Part shown: piece by piece, positions 53,901 to 64,000 of the stretch
Numbering within the stretch: position 1 is the first letter of the stretch
How the letters are laid out: every line of letters starts with the position of its first letter
DNA from: Eledone cirrhosa
Lineage: Eukaryota
Direction of reading: 5' to 3'
Assembly: GCA_964016885.1 (NCBI GenBank)
Contig: OZ024748.1
Location: 36,828,001 to 36,892,000 of the forward strand
Length of the DNA: 64,000 nucleotides
Position numbers and translations under genes: made by a program
Notes under the pieces: model-generated
The model's database searches: none
What the model was told of the DNA's origin: nothing
The model's input: only the letters and a program-made list of their open reading frames with translations

Positions 53901-56900
53901 TTACACCAGGTCCCAACACAGAGGAACCAAAATCCCACTGTCACTGCCTCTGTCTCTCCCACTCTCTCATATTAGACCAGGTCATAACACAGAGGAACCA
54001 AACTCCCACTGTCACTGCCTCTGTCTCTCCCACTCTCTCATATTACACCAGGTCCCAACACAGAGGAACCAAACTCCCACTGTCACTGCCTCTGTCTCTC
54101 CCACTCTCTCATATTAGACCAGGTCCTAACACAGAGGAACCAAACTCACACTGTCACTGCCTCTGTCTCTCCCACCCTCTCACATTACACCAGTTCCCAA
54201 CACAGAGGAACCAAACTCCCACTGTCACTGCCTCTGTCTCTCCCACTCTCTCATATTACACCAGGTCCCAACACAGAGGAACCAAACTCCCACTGTCACT
54301 GCCTCTGTCTCTCCCACACTCTCATATTACACCAGGTCCTAACACAGAGGAACCAAACTCCCACTGTCACTGCCTCTGTCTCTCCCACTCTCTCATATTA
54401 CACCAGGTCCCAACACAGAGGGACCAAACTCCCACTGTCACTGCCTCTCTCTCTCCCACTCTCTCATATTACACCAGGTCCCAACACAGAGGAACCAAAC
54501 TCCAACTGTTACTGACTCTGTCTGTCCCACTCTCTCACATTACCCCAGTTCCCAACACAGAGGAACCAAACTCCCACTGTCACTGCCTCTGTCTCTCCCA
54601 CTCTCTCATATTACACCAGGTCTGAACACAGAGGTACGAGACCCCCACTGTCACTGCCTCTGTCTCTCCCACTCACTCATTTTACACCAGGTCCTAACAC
54701 AGAGGAACCAAACTCCCACTGTCACTGCCTCTGTCTCTCCCACTCTCTCATATTACACCAGTTCCCAACACAGAGGAACCAAACTCCCACTGTCACTGCC
54801 TCTGTCTCTCCCACTCTCTCATATTACACCAGGTCCCAACACAGAGGAACCAAACTCCCACTGTCACTGCCTCTGTCTCTCCCACTCTCTCATATTACAC
54901 CAGGTCCCAACACAGAGGGGCCAAACTCCCACTGTGACTGCCTCTCTCTCTCCCACTCTCTCATATTACACCAGGTCCCAACACAGAGGAACCAAACCCC
55001 CACTGTCACTACCTCTCTCTCTCCCACTCTCTCATATTACACCAGGTCCTAACACAGAGGAACCAAACACCCACTGTCACTGCCTCTCTCTCTCCCACTC
55101 TCTCATATTACACCAGGTCCTAACACAGAGGAACCAAACTCCCACTGTCACTGCCTCCGTCTCTCACACTCTCTCATACTAAACCAGGTCCAACACAGAG
55201 GAACCAAACTCCCACTGTCACTGCCTCTGTCTCTCCCACTCTCTCATATACACCAGGTCTGAACACAGAGGTACGAGACCCTCACTGTCACTGCCTGTGT
55301 CTCTCCCACTCTCTCATATTACACCAGGTCCTAACACAGAGGAATCAAACTCCCACTGTCACTGCCTCTGTCTCTCCCACTCTCTCATATTACACCAGGT
55401 CCCAACATAGAGGAACCAAACTCCCACTGTCACTGCCTCTGTCTCTCCCACTCTCTCATATTACACCAGGTCCCAACACAGAGGAACCAAACTCCCACTG
55501 TCACTGCCTCTGTCTCTCCCACTCTCTCATATTACACCAGGTCCCAACACAGAGGAACCAAACTCCCACTGTCACTGCCTCTGTCTCTCCCACTCTCTCA
55601 TATTAGACCAGGTCCTAACACAGAGGAACCAAACTCCCACTGTCACTGCCTCTGTCTCTCCCACTCTCTCACATTACACCAGTTCCCAACACAGAGGAAC
55701 CAAACTCCCACTGTCACTGCCTCTGTCTCTCCCACTCTCTCATATTACACCAGGTCACAACACAGAGGTACCAAACTCCCACTGTCACTGCCTCTGTCTC
55801 TCCCACTCTCTCATATTACAACAAATCCCAACACAGAGGAACCAAACTCCCACTGTCACTGCCTCTGTCTCTCCCACTCTCTCATATTAGACTAGGTCCT
55901 AACACAGAGGAACCAAACTCCCACTGTGACTGCCTCTGTCTCTCCCACACTCTCATATTACACCAGGTCCTAACACAGAGGAACCAAACTCCCACTGTCA
56001 CTGCCTCTGTCTCTCCCACTCTCTCATATTACACCAGGTCCTAACACAGAGGAACCAAACTCCCACTGTGACTGCCTCTGTCTCTCCCACTCTCTCACAT
56101 TACACCAGTTCCCAACACAGAGGAACCAAACTCCCACTGTCACTGCCTCTCTCTCTACCACTCTCTCATATTACACCAGGTCCTAACACAGACGAACCAA
56201 ACCCCCACTGTCACTGCCTCTCTCTCTCCCACTCTCTCACATTACACCAGTTCCCAACACAGAGGAACCAAACTCCCACTGTCACTGCCTCTGTCTCTCC
56301 CACTCTCTCATATTACACCAGGTCCCAACACAGAGGAACCAAACTCCCACTGTCACTGCCTCTGTCTTTCCCACTCTCTCATATTACACCAGGTCCCAAC
56401 ACAGAGGAACCAAACTCCCACTGTCACTGCCTCTGTCTCTCCCACTCTCTCATATTAGACCAGGTCCTAACACAGAGGAACCAAACTCCCACTGTCACTG
56501 CCTCTGTCTCTCCCACTCTCTCATATTACACCAGGTCGCAACACAGAGGTACCAAACTCCCACTGTCACTGCCTCTGTCTCTCCCACTCTCTCATATTAC
56601 AACAAATCCCAACACAGAGGAACCAAACTCCCACTGTCACTGCCTCTGTCTCTCCCACTCTCTCATATTAGACTAGGTCCTAACACAGAGGAACCAAACT
56701 CCCACTGTGACTGCCTCTGTCTCTCCCACTCTCTCACATTACACCAGTTCCCAACACAGAGGAAGCAAACTCCCACTGTCACTGCCTCTGTCTCTCCCAC
56801 ACTCTCATATTACACCAGGTCCTAACACAGAGGAACCAAACTCCCACTGTCACTGCCTCTGTCTCTCCCACTCTCTCATATTACACCAGGTCCTAACACA

Positions 56901-59900
56901 GAGGAACCAAACTCCCACTGTCACTGCCTCTGTCTCTCCCACTCTCTTATATTACACCAGGTCCTAACACAGAGGAACCAAACTCCCACTGTCACTGCCT
57001 CTGTCTCTCCCACTCTCTCATATTACACCAGGTCCCAACACAGAGGAACCAAACTCCCACTGTCACTGCCTCTGTCTCTCCCACACTCTCATATTACACC
57101 AGGTCCCAACACAGAGGAACCAAACTCCCACTGTCACTGCCTCTCTCTCTCCCACTCTCTCATATTACACCAGGTCCCAACACAGAGGAACCAAACTCCC
57201 ACTGTCACTGCCTCTGTCTCTCCCACTCTCTCATATTAGACCAGGTCCTAACACAGAGGAACCAAACTCCCACTGTGACTGCCTCTGTCTCTCCCACTCT
57301 CTCACATTACACCAGTTCCCAACACAGAGGAACCAAACTCCCACTGTCACTGCCTCTGTCTCTCCCACTCTCTCATATTACACCAGGTCCCAACACAGAG
57401 GAACCAAACTCCCACTGTCACTGCCTCTGTCTCTCCCACTCTCTCATATTACACCAGGTCCCAACACAGAGGAACCAAACTCCCACTGTCACTGCCTCTG
57501 TCTCTCCCACTCTCTCACATTACACTAGTTCCCAACACAGAGGAACCAAACTCCCACTGTCACTGTCTCTGTCTCTCCCACTCTCTCATATTACACCAGG
57601 TCCAAACACAGAGGAACCAAACTCCCACTGTCACTGCCTCTGTCTCTCCCACACTCTCATATTACACCAGGTCCTAACACAGAGGAACCAAACTCCCACT
57701 GTCACTGCCTCTGTCTCTCCCACTCTCTCATATTACACCAGGTCCCAACACAGAGGGACCAAACTCCCACTGTCACTGCCTCTCTCTCTCCCACTCTCTC
57801 ATATTACACCAGGTCCCAACACAGAGGAACCAAACTCCAACTGTCACTGTCTCTGTCTCTCCCACTCTCTCACATTACACCAGTTCCCAACACAGAGGAA
57901 CCAAACTCCCACTGTCACTGCCTCTGTCTCTCCCACTCTCTCATGTTACACCAGGTCCCAACACAGAAGAACCAAACTCCCACTGTCACTGCCTCTGTCA
58001 CTCCCACTCTCTCATATTACACCAGGTCCCAACACAGAGGGACCAAACTCCCACTGTCACTGCCTCTCTCTCTCCCACTCTCTCATATTAAACCAGGTCC
58101 CAACACAGAGGTCCCAAACTCCCACTGTCATTGCCTCTGTCTCTCCCACTCTCCCATATTACACCAGGTTCTAACACAGAAGAACCAAACTCCCACTGTG
58201 ACTGCCTCTGTCTCTCCCACTCTCTCACATTACACCAGTTCCCAACACAGAGGAACCAAACTACCACTGTCACTGCCTCTGTCTCTCCCACACTCATATT
58301 ACACCAGGTCCTAACACAGATGAACCAAACTCCCACTGTCACTGCCTATGTCTCTCCCACTCTCTCATATTACAACAAATCCCAACACAGAGGAACCAAA
58401 CTCCCACTGTCACTGCCTCTGTCTCTCCCACTCTATCATATTAGACCATGTCCTAACACAGAGGAACCAAACTCCCACTGTGACTGCCTCTGTCTCTCCC
58501 ACTCTCTCACATTACACCAGTTCCCAACACAGAGGAACCAAACTCCCACTGTCACTGCCTCTGTCTCTCCCACGCTCTCATATTACACCAGGTCCTAACA
58601 CAGAGGAACCAAACTCCCACTGTCACTGCCTCTGTCTCTCGCACTCTCTCATATTACACCAGGTCCTAACACAGAGGAACCAAACTACCACTGTCACTGC
58701 CTCTGTCTCTCCCACTCTCTCATATTAAACCAGGTCCCAACACAGAGGACCCGAACTCCCATTGTCACTGCTTCTGTCTCTCCCACTCTCTCATACTACT
58801 CCAGGTCCTAACAGAGGAACCAAACTCCCACTGTAACTGCCTCTGTCTCTCCCACGCTCTCATATTACACCAGGTCCTAACACAGAGGAACCAAACTCCC
58901 ACTGTCACTGCCTCTGTCTCTCGCACTCTCTCATATTACACCAGGTCCTAACACAGAGGAACCAAACTACCACTGTCACTGCCTCTGTCTCTCCCACTCT
59001 CTCATATTACACCAGGTCCTAACACAGAGGAACCAAACTCCCACTGTCACTTCCTCTGTCTCTCCCACTCTCTCACATTACACCAGTTCCCAACACAGAG
59101 GAACCAAACTCCCACTGTCACTGCCTCTCTCTCTCCCACTCTCTCATATTACACCAGGTCCTAACACAGAGGAACCAAACCCCCACTGTCACTGCCTCTC
59201 TCTCTCCCACTCTCTGACATTACACCAGTTCCCAACACAGAGGAACCAAACTCCCACTGTCACTGCCTCTGTCTCTCCCACTCTCTCATATTAGACCAGG
59301 TCCTAACACAGAGGAACCAAACTCCCACTGTCACTGCCTCTGTCTCTCCCACTCTCTCACATTACACCAGTTCCCAACACAGAGGAACCAAACTCCCACT
59401 GTCACTGCCTCTGTCTCTCCCACTCTCTCATATTACACCAGGTCACAACACAGAGGTACCAAACTCCCACTGTCACTGCCTCTGTCTCTCCCACTCTCTC
59501 ATATTACAACAAATCCCAACACAGAGGAACCAAACTCCCACTGTCACTGCCTCTGTCTCTCCCACTCTCTCATATTAGACTAGGTCCTAACACAGAGGAA
59601 CCAAACTCCCACTGTGACTGCCTCTGTCTCTCCCACACTCTCATATTACACCAGGTCCTAACACAGAGGAACCAAACTCCCACTGTCACTGCCTCTGTCT
59701 CTCCCACTCTCTCATATTACACCAGGTCCTAACACAGAGGAACCAAACTCCCACTGTGACTGCCTCTGTCTCTCCCACTCTCTCACATTACACCAGTTCC
59801 CAACACAGAGGAACCAAACTCCCACTGTCACTGCCTCTCTCTCTACCACTCTCTCATATTACACCAGGTCCTAACACAGACGAACCAAACCCCCACTGTC

Positions 59901-62900
59901 ACTGCCTCTCTCTCTCCCACTCTCTCACATTACACCAGTTCCCAACACAGAGGAACCAAACTCCCACTGTCACTGCCTCTGTCTCTCCCACTCTCTCATA
60001 TTACACCAGGTCCCAACACAGAGGAACCAAACTCCCACTGTCACTGCCTCTGTCTTTCCCACTCTCTCATATTACACCAGGTCCCAACACAGAGGAACCA
60101 AACTCCCACTGTCACTGCCTCTGTCTCTCCCACTCTCTCATATTAGACCAGGTCCTAACACAGAGGAACCAAACTCCCACTGTCACTGCCTCTGTCTCTC
60201 CCACTCTCTCATATTACACCAGGTCGCAACACAGAGGTACCAAACTCCCACTGTCACTGCCTCTGTCTCTCCCACTCTCTCATATTACAACAAATCCCAA
60301 CACAGAGGAACCAAACTCCCACTGTCACTGCCTCTGTCTCTCCCACTCTCTCATATTAGACTAGGTCCTAACACAGAGGAACCAAACTCCCACTGTGACT
60401 GCCTCTGTCTCTCCCACTCTCTCACATTACACCAGTTCCCAACACAGAGGAAGCAAACTCCCACTGTCACTGCCTCTGTCTCTCCCACACTCTCATATTA
60501 CACCAGGTCCTAACACAGAGGAACCAAACTCCCACTGTCACTGCCTCTGTCTCTCCCACTCTCTCATATTACACCAGGTCCTAACACAGAGGAACCAAAC
60601 TCCCACTGTCACTGCCTCTGTCTCTCCCACTCTCTTATATTACACCAGGTCCTAACACAGAGGAACCAAACTCCCACTGTCACTGCCTCTGTCTCTCCCA
60701 CTCTCTCATATTACACCAGGTCCCAACACAGAGGAACCAAACTCCCACTGTCACTGCCTCTGTCTCTCCCACACTCTCATATTACACCAGGTCCCAACAC
60801 AGAGGAACCAAACTCCCACTGTCACTGCCTCTCTCTCTCCCACTCTCTCATATTACACCAGGTCCCAACACAGAGGAACCAAACTCCCACTGTCACTGCC
60901 TCTGTCTCTCCCACTCTCTCATATTAGACCAGGTCCTAACACAGAGGAACCAAACTCCCACTGTGACTGCCTCTGTCTCTCCCACTCTCTCACATTACAC
61001 CAGTTCCCAACACAGAGGAACCAAACTCCCACTGTCACTGCCTCTGTCTCTCCCACTCTCTCATATTACACCAGGTCCCAACACAGAGGAACCAAACTCC
61101 CACTGTCACTGCCTCTGTCTCTCCCACTCTCTCATATTACACCAGGTCCCAACACAGAGGAACCAAACTCCCACTGTCACTGCCTCTGTCTCTCCCACTC
61201 TCTCACATTACACTAGTTCCCAACACAGAGGAACCAAACTCCCACTGTCACTGTCTCTGTCTCTCCCACTCTCTCATATTACACCAGGTCCAAACACAGA
61301 GGAACCAAACTCCCACTGTCACTGCCTCTGTCTCTCCCACACTCTCATATTACACCAGGTCCTAACACAGAGGAACCAAACTCCCACTGTCACTGCCTCT
61401 GTCTCTCCCACTCTCTCATATTACACCAGGTCCCAACACAGAGGGACCAAACTCCCACTGTCACTGCCTCTCTCTCTCCCACTCTCTCATATTACACCAG
61501 GTCCCAACACAGAGGAACCAAACTCCAACTGTCACTGTCTCTGTCTCTCCCACTCTCTCACATTACACCAGTTCCCAACACAGAGGAACCAAACTCCCAC
61601 TGTCACTGCCTCTGTCTCTCCCACTCTCTCATGTTACACCAGGTCCCAACACAGAAGAACCAAACTCCCACTGTCACTGCCTCTGTCACTCCCACTCTCT
61701 CATATTACACCAGGTCCCAACACAGAGGGACCAAACTCCCACTGTCACTGCCTCTCTCTCTCCCACTCTCTCATATTAAACCAGGTCCCAACACAGAGGT
61801 CCCAAACTCCCACTGTCATTGCCTCTGTCTCTCCCACTCTCCCATATTACACCAGGTTCTAACACAGAAGAACCAAACTCCCACTGTGACTGCCTCTGTC
61901 TCTCCCACTCTCTCACATTACACCAGTTCCCAACACAGAGGAACCAAACTACCACTGTCACTGCCTCTGTCTCTCCCACACTCATATTACACCAGGTCCT
62001 AACACAGATGAACCAAACTCCCACTGTCACTGCCTATGTCTCTCCCACTCTCTCATATTACAACAAATCCCAACACAGAGGAACCAAACTCCCACTGTCA
62101 CTGCCTCTGTCTCTCCCACTCTATCATATTAGACCATGTCCTAACACAGAGGAACCAAACTCCCACTGTGACTGCCTCTGTCTCTCCCACTCTCTCACAT
62201 TACACCAGTTCCCAACACAGAGGAACCAAACTCCCACTGTCACTGCCTCTGTCTCTCCCACGCTCTCATATTACACCAGGTCCTAACACAGAGGAACCAA
62301 ACTCCCACTGTCACTGCCTCTGTCTCTCGCACTCTCTCATATTACACCAGGTCCTAACACAGAGGAACCAAACTACCACTGTCACTGCCTCTGTCTCTCC
62401 CACTCTCTCATATTAAACCAGGTCCCAACACAGAGGACCCGAACTCCCATTGTCACTGCTTCTGTCTCTCCCACTCTCTCATACTACTCCAGGTCCTAAC
62501 AGAGGAACCAAACTCCCACTGTAACTGCCTCTGTCTCTCCCACGCTCTCATATTACACCAGGTCCTAACACAGAGGAACCAAACTCCCACTGTCACTGCC
62601 TCTGTCTCTCGCACTCTCTCATATTACACCAGGTCCTAACACAGAGGAACCAAACTACCACTGTCACTGCCTCTGTCTCTCCCACTCTCTCATATTACAC
62701 CAGGTCCTAACACAGAGGAACCAAACTCCCACTGTCACTTCCTCTGTCTCTCCCACTCTCTCACATTACACCAGTTCCCAACACAGAGGAACCAAACTCC
62801 CACTGTCACTGCCTCTCTCTCTCCCACTCTCTCATATTACACCAGGTCCTAACACAGAGGAACCAAACCCCCACTGTCACTGCCTCTCTCTCTCCCACTC

Positions 62901-64000
62901 TCTGACATTACACCAGTTCCCAACACAGAGGAACCAAACTCCCACTGTCACTGCCTCTGTCTCTCCCACTCTCTCATATTACACCAGGTCCCAACACTGA
63001 GGAACCAAACTCCCACTGTCACTGCCTCTTTCTCTCCCACTCTCTCACGTTACACCAGTTCCCAACACAGAGGAACCAAACTCCCACTGTCACTGCCTCT
63101 CTCTCTACCACTCTCTCATATTACACCAGGTCCTAACACAGAGGAACCAAACCCCCACTGTCACTGCCTCTCTCTCTCCCACTCTCTGACATTACACCAG
63201 TTCCCAACACAGAGGAACCAAACTCCCACTGTCACTGCCTCTGTCTCTCCCACTCTCTCATATTACACCAGGTCCCAACACTGAGGAACCAAACTCCCAC
63301 TGTCACTGCCTCTTTCTCTCCCACTCTCTCACGTTACACCAGTTCCCAACACAGAGGAACCAAACTCCCACTGTCACTGCCTCTCTCTCTACCACTCTCT
63401 CATATTACACCAGGTCCTAACACAGAGGAACCAAACTCCCACTGTCACTGCCTCTCTCTCTACCACTCTCTCATATTACACCAGTTCCCAACACAGAGGA
63501 ACCAAACTCCCACTGTCACTGCCTCTCTCTCTACCACTCTCTCATATTACACCAGGTCCTAACACAGAGGAACCAAACTCCCACTGTCACTGCCTCTCTC
63601 TCTACCACTCTCTCATATTACACCAGGTCCTAACACAGAGGAACCAAACTCCCACTGTCACTGCTTTTGTCTCTCCCACTCTCTCATACTACACCAGGTC
63701 CTAACACAGAGGAACCAAACTCCCACTGTAACTGCCTCTGACTCTCCCACGCTCTCATATTACACCAGGTCCTAACACAGAGGAACCAAACTCCCACTGT
63801 AACTGCCTCTGTCTCTCCCACTCTCTCATATTACACCAGGTCCCAACACAGAGGAACCAAACTCCCACTGTCACTGCCTCTGTCTCTCCCACTTTCTCAT
63901 ATTAGACCAGGTCCTAACACAGAGGAACCAAACTCCCACTGTGACTGCCTCTGACTCTCCCACTCTCTCACATTACACCAGTTCCCAACACAGAGGAACC
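50996..64000 (+). repeat. 71-bp satellite array, >13 kb, running off the window
   Basis: unit ACACCAGGTCCCAACACAGAGGAACCAAACTCCCACTGTCACTGCCTCTGTCTCTCCCACTCTCTCATATT. Confidence 0.99.

Noticed and set aside
50973-62416. Long repetitive ORFs in the satellite
   Set aside because: Artefact of a stop-poor 71-bp unit cycling through three frames; common variants introduce stops

Overview
Repeat-dominated animal genomic DNA. The SINE types and the (TA)n/(CA)n density suggest an octopod cephalopod, which is an inference. No prokaryotic features. Host genes: two short minus-strand genes, each with PAN/Apple-like Cys modules. Gene B has signal-peptide exons at 20237-20264 and 19611-19643 and a PAN exon at 15314-15571. 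Gene A has PAN exons at 50607-50834 and 41296-41486. Transposons: several decayed Tx1/L1-clade LINEs in microsatellites, an R4/Dong element, a Penelope-like (probably Naiad) element, three non-autonomous Helitrons, a mariner MITE and many tRNA-SINEs. Tandem repeats: a 44-bp minisatellite built from a SINE head, and a >13-kb 71-bp satellite with a 3688-bp higher-order duplication. The most striking signal is a dozen or more short non-coding elements between microsatellites, many of them fold-back palindromes. They carry intact or decayed hammerhead ribozyme cores, and several share a GAGTRCTC tail motif. They look like a set of Penelope pLTR/retrozyme-like mini-elements. All calls were made by eye; no database searches were run.
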